Shown here one piece after another: positions 44,888 to 53,379 of a stretch of 63,743 nt of DNA. This DNA comes from a virus (taxonomy: Duplodnaviria; Caudoviricetes): IMG/VR virus record IMGVR_UViG_3300050014_000315, positions 1 through 63,743 of that record, one strand, 5' to 3'. The stretch's first letter is position 1. The number at the start of each line of letters is the position of its first letter. The position numbers and the translations under genes are program-made. The notes below the pieces were generated by a model that was not told where the DNA came from, made no database searches, and worked only from the letters and a program-made list of their open reading frames with translations.

Positions 44888-47061
44888 TCATAACTTTGCC
44901 TCCGTAGCCTTGTCCCCGCGCATCCAAACCTCCAGTGAATTAGTGGCCGGATGGGTTCTGAACGATAGCTTCATCTCGCGTTTTTTGGCACTCTGATACA
45001 GGCTTGATTGGGCGATTGACAAACTGGCATACCCCTCGCCGGATACCATCAGAGATTTACCCTCTGGGATCGCCACTAGATCGGCAAAGAACTGGTCCAA
45101 TATTCCGGGACGGTGGAGGGCTTGCGGCGTCCGGTCCGCTGTGGTGTATGTCATATCCCCTCCGCCGGCTGGGCCGGTATCACGGGGGTCTTCCGTGTCT
45201 TACTGCCCACCGGGCGACCGGGCTTGCGCTTGCGCGGCGTCTGATAGCCGAGCTTCGCCAGCGCCTCATTGATCCCAGCACGCTGTAATATCAGCGCCGC
45301 GATCAGGTCTGTCTGCTGTTTCGCTGCGTCTGCCGCCTTAAGTAATAGCGCGTCCGCCAATTCTTGCGGCGTCGATTGAATTTCCGTTTCCATCGTCGTT
45401 CCCTCGCTGTTCACAAATCCTCCTTAGTCGCCTCGCCTATAGAGAGCGCCGAAAGCACCTTCTGGGCAAATTCCCGAATCTGCTCGGTTGTGCCGTGGAA
45501 ATTCACCGTGTCCTTGCTGAATACACTGCGATTCGGCGCGTCTCCGCAATACGATTCGAGCCAAACGCACAGCGGAAGGTTATGAATACCGCCAACCGTA
45601 CTCCGGTATTTCTGCACTTCCACTTTTCCGTCAACGTGCAAGCTAATTAATGCCATCGTCGTTGTCCTCTTCCCTTGTGGGTTCGTTCTCTTGCCTGGCC
45701 TGCGACCTACACGACAGGGGAGCCCCGCATGGAGTCTCGCCGCACATCGAGCAAGTCGAAGCTAGATCGCTGTCCTCTACTCCGCACAAGCAGCCATCCG
45801 TTGAACCGCACTCATGGCAACTGCTGACGTGCTCGGTTCTGCCGGCGATTTCATCCTCATCGCCGTGCAGATGGTCATAGCGCCCAGATCCCTCTGCCGC
45901 GTATCGACTCATGCGCTTGCTCCCGCCGCGGCCATCGCTGTATCCCGCGCGATACCGGACCAGTCTGCCAGGTCGCACGGATGCGCGATCCTCTCATCCG
46001 GCATGGCGGCGCGCGCCTTTTCGAGGGCCGTCTGCGCCTCGGTGAGCATGTCGAGTATGTCGAGCGGCTTTGCCTGCGTTGCGATTCCCTGCGTCATTTC
46101 GTATCCAGAATTGCTGCCACGTCTACCCAGCTAATGACACCAGCTATCGAGGATTTCTCCCACAGCGCAAGCCGGTCGTAGGCGCGGCCCTTGCGCTCTA
46201 GCTCGGATTGTGCGTCCGACTTAGCCAAATTCAGCGCCTTCTCGGCATCCCACTTTTCATCCCATGCCTTGTTTCGCGCCGCCAGTCTGGCTTCCACATA
46301 CGGCGGATAGTGCAGCTTGCAAAATCGCTTGCCGCCATGGTGCATGGACGCCTTGATACTGCACTCGTGGCCGAAGTACGGATCAACTGTGTGTATGGTC
46401 GCTGAACATTGGTCTTCTGGCTTCATCTAATTCCCTCTTCGAATCATCCCGCTTGCCTGCTCGATAACCCTTCCACCAGCCTTCGGCCACCATCGATGCA
46501 ATGTGCCTCATGGAGTTAGGTGACAAGGTTGCGCCGCGATCCATCCAGACGGATGGCACTATGCGCTTCGCCGCTCGTTCAGCCCTCACGAACAGAAGGA
46601 CAGTTCGCTTAGTCGTTGGCATTGTCATTCCCTCGGCGGGCACCTGCTGGCACCCGTTTCCATTTGCTGCTGATCTTCCCATTCCGCCGCGTCGCTCCAT
46701 TCGGAATCTAGGCAATCGTCGTATTCCTGCTGCGCGGTGATTGTGCCTTCTCCCCCACACAGTTCACACGTCGGGTTTGCCTCCATGCGGATCGGCGCAT
46801 CCGGGCCGGGGCGAATTCCCTGCGGCTCTTCGTGGACGCATGGGCATTTCATCGTCATCGCATCCACCCCGCGAAGTTATTCGCGCACTCCCGAACCAAC
46901 TGGCCCAGGAGAATGCCGCCCATTGCCAACATCCCCAGGGAAAATATGATCTCGGCCAGGCGCGGGCGATTGCGGATACGGCGCGCTTCAATCTCTCGCA
47001 GGTAGAGCGCGTATTCCGTGGCGGGTTCTCCGTAGGGATGGTTATACGTCTGGGTTCTCAT
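44888..47061 (-). other. Run of small coupled hypothetical genes (44888-45154, 45151-45414, 45411-45656, 45909-46097, 46094-46426, 46625-46867, 46855-47061)
   Basis: ATGA/GTGA overlaps; plausible compositions. Confidence 0.55.
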
Positions 47062-47627
47062 GCTTGATCCTTCGACGGCAGTAGATATGCTCGAATAATC
47101 ACCGATTGAGCATCCCTGGCGGCAGCCTCGGCGGCAGCCTCGGCGGCAGCCCAGGCGGCTGCCTTGGCGGCATCCCTGGCGGCAGCCCAGGCGGCTGCCT
47201 TGGCGGCAGCCCAGGCGGCAGCCTCGGCGGCATCCCAGGCGGAATCCCTGCCGGCAGCCCAGGCGGCTGCCTTGGCGGCAGCCTCGGCGGCAGCCCTGGC
47301 GGCAGCCGATATCCGCCCCAGCGCGAAGTCACGCGCGGCCTGAATCGCAGCCCTCGGGCGCGCATCGCCGGGATACTGCCTCTCGAATATCGGCAGCACC
47401 GATTCCGCAAAGTCTGCCGCCATCAATCGCGCGATGACATCGCAATTCTGTTCCGTCGCCTGCAATGCCCATAGGCAGTCGGCCACGCCGTTGCTGTCCA
47501 GGATGCGTAGCAGGTTGATCGGTGCATCGGGATCGTAGGTGGCGCCGACTGATGTCAGCAGCTTGCGCCACCCGGACGCGCAGGGATTGCACGCGCGGAT
47601 GCGGTTCAGGCTCGTGGTGAGCACCAT
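47058..47627 (-). CDS. Imm5-like phage protein with AAAW/AAARD repeats
   Basis: RIRACNPCASGW, SNGVADCLWAL, ADFAESVLPIFE..DARPRAAI. Confidence 0.75.
   Translation of the reverse strand: MVLTTSLNRIRACNPCASGWRKLLTSVGATYDPDAPINLLRILDSNGVADCLWALQATEQNCDVIARLMAADFAESVLPIFERQYPGDARPRAAIQAARDFALGRISAAARAAAEAAAKAAAWAAGRDSAWDAAEAAAWAAAKAAAWAAARDAAKAAAWAAAEAAAEAAARDAQSVIIRAYLLPSKDQA
47111..47307 (-). repeat. 12-nt coding tandem repeat (Ala-rich)
   Basis: GGCGGCAGCC-based units encoding AAAE/AAAW/AAAK/AARD. Confidence 0.85.
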
Positions 47628-48235
47628 CGCGTGCTCGGATGGATTAGGTCGAGTGAGTGGCTGGAGGTTAAGAAGCATTGAGCGCCTCCAGCGCATCGAG
47701 ACAAACGACCCCCTCGCGCTCGACATGCACCACAGCCGTGTGTTCTCCCAGGACGAATGCTTCGTGCGTGGTATTCGTCTCGCGGCCAGCCTTCTCGCCG
47801 ATGACAGGGTGGTAAAGGACGACGGTTCCCACGGAATGTTCGTGGTTCCACACGATGGCCTGTGCTTTCAGCTGATCGATGGTCTTTCGTTTCGACCTAG
47901 GCATTGATGGCCTCCATTTCTTCGACTCTCTCCGCACGTCTATCTGACCCCAAACCAAATGCGATGCCAGAACCCGAAAACGTAGGGCAGTGGTTATCGG
48001 CCACTCCCCTACAGGTGGACGCGCAAGGAGAATTCAGAGTAGGCATATCAGACTCCAGATCGCGATTGCGATGACCGCCGCGCACGACGTAAGGGCCGCC
48101 ACGGTCAGGATGAACACGAACGCGGCCCACAAACCACTGCTCCAAAGCTCGGGCGCAGCAGAAGACGCGGGGCGGGATTCAGCGATTTGCTCGGCGCAGA
48201 ATGGGGGAGATCATACGGGCTGTAGGGAGGAGTGC

Positions 48236-48580
48236 TCATGCCTTTACCTCGCCCTCGGGGAGCAGAGCTTTGACAGCCCGCAGCGTGGCAATCGGCAGGC
48301 TGGTCCATTCGAAATCTCGGAGTGCGTAGGCCAGTGCTCGCTGGGCGCGCTCTTCGTTCTGCTGCACCAGTTTCTCTTCGTCTTCCGGCTTGAATGGGAA
48401 GATATAAGCGCCGTAGCGATCCGAATTACCCCATTCGCGGCCAGACATTTTCCACGTTCTCCCTCCCTTGGTTCTGAGCTTCACCTTGAGGACTTCGGAG
48501 ACGGTGAGAAATCCGCAAATGTCTATGTAATGCCGCTCGGTCACCCGGTCGCCGGGCTTCAAATCTCGCAGGCTGCTCAT
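48236..48580 (-). CDS. Hypothetical beta-barrel protein
   Basis: DLKPGDRV; coupled. Confidence 0.55.
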   Translation of the reverse strand: MSSLRDLKPGDRVTERHYIDICGFLTVSEVLKVKLRTKGGRTWKMSGREWGNSDRYGAYIFPFKPEDEEKLVQQNEERAQRALAYALRDFEWTSLPIATLRAVKALLPEGEVKA

Positions 48581-48837
48581 ACCGCCGCCTCGAACACATG
48601 GAATACCAACTGACCGCCCGATATCTGGACTGTCCCGATGTAATCAGTGAGCCCATCTGCCGGGTGGCCCGTGCCCACTATGCGAATCTCGCGATTCTCA
48701 AGGGGTTGCTCGGGGTCCACCAGCGCCCATAGGAAAGGCCATGCGTTCTGGACCTGGACCGTTAGGATGCGCGCCCCAGAGGGCATCGGAATCTGCTGAA
48801 CGTCGGCTGTGGAGATAGGGTACTTGTGTATGGTCAT
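48577..48837 (-). CDS. Conserved phage protein
   Basis: TIHKYPI...MPSGARILTVQ...LWALVD...GTGH...YIGTVQ...LVFHVFE. Confidence 0.75.
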   Translation of the reverse strand: MTIHKYPISTADVQQIPMPSGARILTVQVQNAWPFLWALVDPEQPLENREIRIVGTGHPADGLTDYIGTVQISGGQLVFHVFEAAV

Positions 48838-48845
48838 GCCTTTTC

Positions 48846-48983
48846 TCACGTCTTTGGCCTCCGCTGGCACGTGCTAGCGTGCTTGACAAGCTCGGATGTC
48901 ATCAGCCGCGCCTTGCACCAGCCACAAGGGACGTATTTTGCGGGGCGACCCAGCTTCCGTGTCGGCTTGTTTGCTTTCTGCAT
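48846..48983 (-). CDS. 45-aa C2HC zinc-finger protein (not in ORF track)
   Basis: MQKANKPTRKLGRPAKYVPCGWCKARLMTSELVKHASTCQRRPKT*; leaderless start. Confidence 0.65.
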   Translation of the reverse strand: MQKANKPTRKLGRPAKYVPCGWCKARLMTSELVKHASTCQRRPKT

Positions 48984-48989
48984 AACCTG

Positions 48990-49018
48990 AATTTACGCCT
49001 GCCAGATCTGGATGTCAA
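48990..49018 (-). promoter_or_regulatory. Leaderless sigma70 promoter heading the replication/recombination arm
   Basis: TTGACA-17-TAAATT-6-ATG; palindrome CCAGATCTGG in spacer. Confidence 0.75.
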
Positions 49019-49081
49019 TTGTTTATTTAGAAATTCGTAGTTACCGTTAACTATTGAGTAATTTCCCCGGACCGGTCAACA

Positions 49082-49342
49082 TTACCATGGGGCCTTTCCA
49101 TCATCTCCAGCGTTCTGTGTTCGGTATGTGTCAACCTGCACGTCCGGTGGCTTACCGGTTCGCCTACCGTGCTTCAGCGAATCCGCGAACCACTCAGCAT
49201 ACGTCCGTTGCTGTGAGCGCCGACGTTGCTTGCTCCGATTGACACGCGGCGTTCGAAATAACGGTCCGGTCCTGACGTTCCCCTTGGCGTACTCCAACGA
49301 AGTCCGTCTGATTTCGTCTATGGTCATTCTATTTTTCTCCAT
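49082..49342 (-). CDS. Basic hypothetical protein
   Basis: MEKNRMTIDEIRR. Confidence 0.45.
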   Translation of the reverse strand: MEKNRMTIDEIRRTSLEYAKGNVRTGPLFRTPRVNRSKQRRRSQQRTYAEWFADSLKHGRRTGKPPDVQVDTYRTQNAGDDGKAPW

Positions 49343-49345
49343 AGG

Positions 49346-49604
49346 AGCGCCTTCTCTTCGGTTTCCCCACCACATGGGGTTCCAAGAGGTCTTTGCTGCA
49401 TATTCCCTGCAACGCGAACCCGACTACCTATCGACCATGACGTAGGCGCTTATGCCGGGATTAACCCGGCCCGGAGCATGGATTTTTGGTTTCGCGGCAA
49501 ACAACGGAACGTGAGAGAGTGCAACGGAGGGGATAACGCTTGTGATGAAGGCCCGCTGCGAGTCGGCCAAGACACCACCGACGCCTTGAAGACGCAGCCA
49601 TCAC
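49346..49604 (-). ncRNA. Candidate structured RNA (unknown class)
   Basis: Several nested complementary segments; strand inferred from flanking genes. Confidence 0.35.
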
Positions 49605-50173
49605 TTGAGAGCCGCCTGAAAATCGAAATCGAACTGCTCGTGAAATCCGAAGGGGGAAATTGGCTCCGGCATGTTTTCAGGCCGCAACCGGACAGCCACC
49701 AAGCCGCCCTGCGTTTCCCCGTCGCGCTCGAATCCAGCACGTAAATAGCAGCGTCCAAAGTCCCGCTTGTGTTTTACTTTTTCTCTGTCAATGAATGTCA
49801 CCATTCCGAGCGCAGGCGGATCTCCGTAGAACCAACGTGTTACCGCGACCGCATCGCGGATTAATTCGCTTGCCAGTGGGCCAGATTCGCGCCGGAAGCA
49901 TGAGTTTACCCACGCTCCCGGCCATCGGTGTTTGACGTATTCCGCGAACGGCCAAGATGTCACCCACAGAGCTCCGCAATTGGGAGTGAGAAGCACAAGG
50001 CATCGACCGGGAGGGGTGAATTGTGGAGTGCCTATCTTTTGGCGGTTGTAGTGGCGGTCTGCAAGTGGAAGAGCGCGCGGGTCCGCGCGATGCGATAAGG
50101 TCCAAAAACTCGATATTGAATCTGTATGGATCACCGTCTTGACCACGGCGTTCCGAGGGGGCCAGTGGGTCAA
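49601..50173 (-). CDS. Mom/XF1762-related GNAT-like protein (putative DNA modification)
   Basis: LADRHYNRQ, ASELIRDAV, GMVTFID, GRCYLRAGF. Confidence 0.55.
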   Translation of the reverse strand: MTHWPPRNAVVKTVIHTDSISSFWTLSHRADPRALPLADRHYNRQKIGTPQFTPPGRCLVLLTPNCGALWVTSWPFAEYVKHRWPGAWVNSCFRRESGPLASELIRDAVAVTRWFYGDPPALGMVTFIDREKVKHKRDFGRCYLRAGFERDGETQGGLVAVRLRPENMPEPISPFGFHEQFDFDFQAALK

Positions 50174-50209
50174 GCACTGGCCCGTGGCCCTCAGAACAAT
50201 TCCAACTTC

Positions 50210-50238
50210 AGATTACGCTAACTCTGGATGGATTGCAA
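50210..50238 (-). promoter_or_regulatory. sigma70-type promoter
   Basis: TTGCAA-17-TAATCT. Confidence 0.6.
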
Positions 50239-50429
50239 GCGAAAACGCAAGGGGCGGTGACCATGCGGGTGAAATCGGATTGTGGAGGCATGGGCATTTT
50301 TGCGCCAACCGCACAGTCACGTACGGTCGCTTACAGAATAGCACTCCAAATAGGGGCTATGCGGAATCCAGTGTAGAATGATGCGGTTCCAGGCGCAAGA
50401 AAATAATTCACCACATTCGGACTTCACTG

Positions 50430-50458
50430 TTGACAACCACGCTGGAATCCGATAAGAT
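50430..50458 (+). promoter_or_regulatory. Leaderless sigma70 promoter inside outer element
   Basis: TTGACA-17-TAAGAT-6-ATG(50465). Confidence 0.75.
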
Positions 50459-50464
50459 AAGAAC

Positions 50465-50773
50465 ATGAAAAAGATCAACTGGACCCTAATCAGAACGCTC
50501 CCGGCAGACGCGGCAATCGTCACGGGCGGGCCGGAGTACGGTTGCTTCCGTTGCGCCCACGTCCCGGCTGGCCGTCATCACGTTGAGATGCTCCTGGCCG
50601 AGACCGGGGAAGGCATCGTGCTCCGACTGCTTGAGCCCCGCAAGGGGCAGCCGTCCAAGTGGGGGCAGGCTCACCTAATCGCTGGCCAGCTTGAAGACTT
50701 CAGAGTGCCCACTTGCGAGGAAAGCCCGCTCAGGCCTCTGGACCTGGAAAATCGGCAGGTGTGGTCATGGTAG
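50465..50773 (+). CDS. Passenger hypothetical protein
   Basis: Leaderless start; 102 aa. Confidence 0.65.
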   Translation: MKKINWTLIRTLPADAAIVTGGPEYGCFRCAHVPAGRHHVEMLLAETGEGIVLRLLEPRKGQPSKWGQAHLIAGQLEDFRVPTCEESPLRPLDLENRQVWSW

Positions 50774-51096
50774 GCGTCCCTGCGGAAACGATGCGACATA
50801 TCTTCCCCGACGCATCGAAGTTGCCAGCGCATATTGACTGCATTTGCTTCCAAGTACAGGCGCATCTCGACGGATACCCGGTTTGGTACGTCCGTGATCT
50901 GCCGGCAAACGGCGGCGACTTCGAATGGACGGAAGACCCGTCAGCCGCCAAGTTGCTTGGGTGGTTCTGGCAGCAACGCTTCCTGGCTTTCTGCCGGCGC
51001 GATACAAACCGACCGAACTATGGGTGCCTGCCGGTCTACCGCTATGAGGAAGCCGGCAAGTACAAGCGGATTTATCGCGGGGAGGTTGCGCGATGA
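50767..51096 (+). CDS. Passenger hypothetical protein
   Basis: Overlapping operon gene. Confidence 0.55.
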   Translation: MVGVPAETMRHIFPDASKLPAHIDCICFQVQAHLDGYPVWYVRDLPANGGDFEWTEDPSAAKLLGWFWQQRFLAFCRRDTNRPNYGCLPVYRYEEAGKYKRIYRGEVAR

Positions 51097-51320
51097 TCGA
51101 ACACGTCAACGGAGTAGTGCTTGGGCCAGTAACCATAACCGCCACTATCCACACGCCAGATGGCAAGCCGTACGGCAACCCGAAGACCTTTGAGATAACG
51201 GAATCATCGGAGGCGAGAATGTGGGCCGAAGGAGTCCGCGCCAATACCCTGCGGAATCTTGGGCTAGAGGCCGCACGTCTCGGATGGGATCGCCCATGGG
51301 AGATGAGAACCCATGACTAA
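51093..51320 (+). CDS. Passenger hypothetical protein
   Basis: ATGA overlap; GGAGG RBS. Confidence 0.6.
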   Translation: MIEHVNGVVLGPVTITATIHTPDGKPYGNPKTFEITESSEARMWAEGVRANTLRNLGLEAARLGWDRPWEMRTHD

Positions 51321-51657
51321 GTGCATTTGCCACGCTGGCTGCGACTGCCAGAATCCAGACCCGAAACCGGGGTCGGCTCGCCTGATTAGCGAGAACTGCC
51401 CAGTACACAACTGGCGACCATATCCCGTTCTCGGCTGCCCAGTGGTGGGAATACATGTTAACGGCGCAATCGATTCTGACGATACCGTCCAAGCACCAAA
51501 GCGGACACGCGAGGAAGCCGCCGAAATGGTTCTACGGTCCATGGTGGCTGACATGCGCCGGCAAGGGTGGAGTCTGAGTAACGAATCGGCAGATCAAATG
51601 GTAGCTAAATTGTCTGCTGAAATACTGGCGCTACCGGCCACACCGGAGTCCGAATGA
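51313..51657 (+). CDS. Passenger Cys-rich hypothetical protein
   Basis: CICHAGCDC...CPVH. Confidence 0.6.
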   Translation: MTKCICHAGCDCQNPDPKPGSARLISENCPVHNWRPYPVLGCPVVGIHVNGAIDSDDTVQAPKRTREEAAEMVLRSMVADMRRQGWSLSNESADQMVAKLSAEILALPATPESE

Positions 51658-51667
51658 GAGGTACCGT

Positions 51668-51775
51668 GTGGGCGTGCCAAACCGTCTCGGGATGAAGGAC
51701 TGGATTGTGTTGGAAACACAAGAGGATGCGTACAATATGGGCTATTCGGAAGACAGTGTGGAAAGTGACAAATGA
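51668..51775 (+). pseudogene. Detached N-terminus of ISL3 transposase
   Basis: GTG(RBS GAGAGG)-GVPNRLGMKDWIVLETQEDAYNM joins in frame to RVVAGKPIQPEVCPRC when 51740-53474 is removed. Confidence 0.8.
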
Positions 51776-52971
51776 GCGATAACACGTCAACAGCGCCGAA
51801 ATCGGAACTTAGCGTAGAAAATCACACTGAAGTCCGAATCGCGCCGTCCTACGATCACGCCGGAATCACGATCTACAATGGCGATGCTCTGGAGATCCTG
51901 CGCCAACTCCCTGATGCCACTGTGAATTGCTGCATCACGTCGCCGCCGTACTGGGGTCTGCGGGATTATGGCACGGCGACGTGGGATGGTGGTGACACGG
52001 AGTGTGATCATCTTCAACCGCGTAAAGGCGGCGAGGGCCCAGCGTTACCGATAAATGGCGGCGGATCAGATCGGGATACTTCGGTTGGGTTGCAGCAGTT
52101 CCATGGGACTTGTCGTAAGTGCGGCGCACGCCGGGTTGATGCCCAGATTGGTCTTGAACGCACGCCCGAAGAATATGTGGCGCGTCTGGTTGATGTCTTC
52201 AGCGAAGTGAATAGAGTGCTGCGCGACGACGGCACCCTTTGGCTGAATCTAGGCGATTCATTCGCAGGTGGCGGGAATAATCGCGGCGGTAATCCAAGCG
52301 AGAAATCGCCCAAGCAGAAAAGCAACCGCGGCGGCTATGGCCAGATCGCCACTCCAATTCCAAAGAGCCTCAAGCCAAAGGATTTGTGTGGCATCCCTTG
52401 GCGCACGGCATTCGCGCTTCAGGAGGACGGCTGGTGGCTCCGTTCGGATATTATCTGGGCCAAGCCGGCGCCGATGCCTGAGAGCGTTACCGACCGGCCA
52501 ACGAAGGCGCACGAGTACATGTTCCTGCTGGCGAAGTCCGAGCGATATTGGTACGACGCCGCAGCTATCCGTGAGCCATTTGCAGATGATCGCATGGGGA
52601 ATCCCAATGGTGGTGGCCAGTACGCGAGGGAACTGTATCCTGTTCGTGGACAGGATGGCCTGCGCACGGGACAATGGACGCGCGGCGAAGAATTAGGAGG
52701 GCGCAACAAGCGTGATGTGTGGACCGTCAATAGCGACCCGTTTCCAGAAGCTCACTTCGCCACGTTTCCGCCTGCGTTGATCCTGCCGTGTGTTCTGGCC
52801 GGCTGCCCGGCCGGCGGAACTGTCCTGGACCCATTCAGCGGGGCTGGGACAACGGCTCTGGTAGCCAAAGAGCAAGGACGCCGGGCCATAGGGATAGAAC
52901 TGAACCCGGATTATGTCTCGATGATCGCCAGAAGACTGCGGCAGGACAATCTGTTTTCAACTCTACTATGA
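51772..52971 (+). CDS. N4-cytosine/N6-adenine DNA methyltransferase (beta class)
   Basis: TSPPYW before DPFSGAGTT; IIWAKP, HFATFP, GIELN. Confidence 0.93.
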   Translation: MSDNTSTAPKSELSVENHTEVRIAPSYDHAGITIYNGDALEILRQLPDATVNCCITSPPYWGLRDYGTATWDGGDTECDHLQPRKGGEGPALPINGGGSDRDTSVGLQQFHGTCRKCGARRVDAQIGLERTPEEYVARLVDVFSEVNRVLRDDGTLWLNLGDSFAGGGNNRGGNPSEKSPKQKSNRGGYGQIATPIPKSLKPKDLCGIPWRTAFALQEDGWWLRSDIIWAKPAPMPESVTDRPTKAHEYMFLLAKSERYWYDAAAIREPFADDRMGNPNGGGQYARELYPVRGQDGLRTGQWTRGEELGGRNKRDVWTVNSDPFPEAHFATFPPALILPCVLAGCPAGGTVLDPFSGAGTTALVAKEQGRRAIGIELNPDYVSMIARRLRQDNLFSTLL

Positions 52972-53174
52972 GGTGGTACATGAATCTAACGAAGCGGTTG
53001 AAGCAGCGAGCTGTGGCTTGGGACTTAGTGGCCGATAATCTTAACCGCCTGCGCGCACTGAAGTTGGAAGAGGCTAATCTGGCGGCTGCGCTATTGGACC
53101 GCGCCAGGCGCGAAAAGGTGGAACTGGAAGAGTTGCTGGCGCTGCTGGACGCTGAAGGTGTAACCGATGTGTGA
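52968..53174 (+). CDS. Small helical passenger protein
   Basis: ATGA overlap with MTase stop (alternative start 52980). Confidence 0.55.
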   Translation: MRWYMNLTKRLKQRAVAWDLVADNLNRLRALKLEEANLAAALLDRARREKVELEELLALLDAEGVTDV

Positions 53175-53379
53175 CATGCCGATGGATAAGATCGACGTGA
53201 CCTGTCCATACTGCTGGTGGCGAGGCAAGCGGCACCCGTACACGTGGGCGGCGCGGCCGTGCCCACGCTGCGGGGAGCCGGTGAGCGGGGAGTGGATCTT
53301 CAAGACCGCCGCCATCCCTGATCGCGAGCAGGCGGCGATTGACATGCTACGCGACATGCGCGGAGGAGCAGATGATTGA
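53167..53379 (+). CDS. Small zinc-ribbon passenger protein
   Basis: CPYC...CPRC. Confidence 0.55.
   Translation: MCDMPMDKIDVTCPYCWWRGKRHPYTWAARPCPRCGEPVSGEWIFKTAAIPDREQAAIDMLRDMRGGADD

Noticed and set aside
47111-47307. Tandem repeats as a CRISPR array
   Set aside because: 12-nt in-frame Ala-coding units with no unique spacers; no cas genes seen
49542-49573. GTGATGA-AGGCC..GGCC-AAGAC as a hammerhead
   Set aside because: Lacks the CUGA and GAAA core
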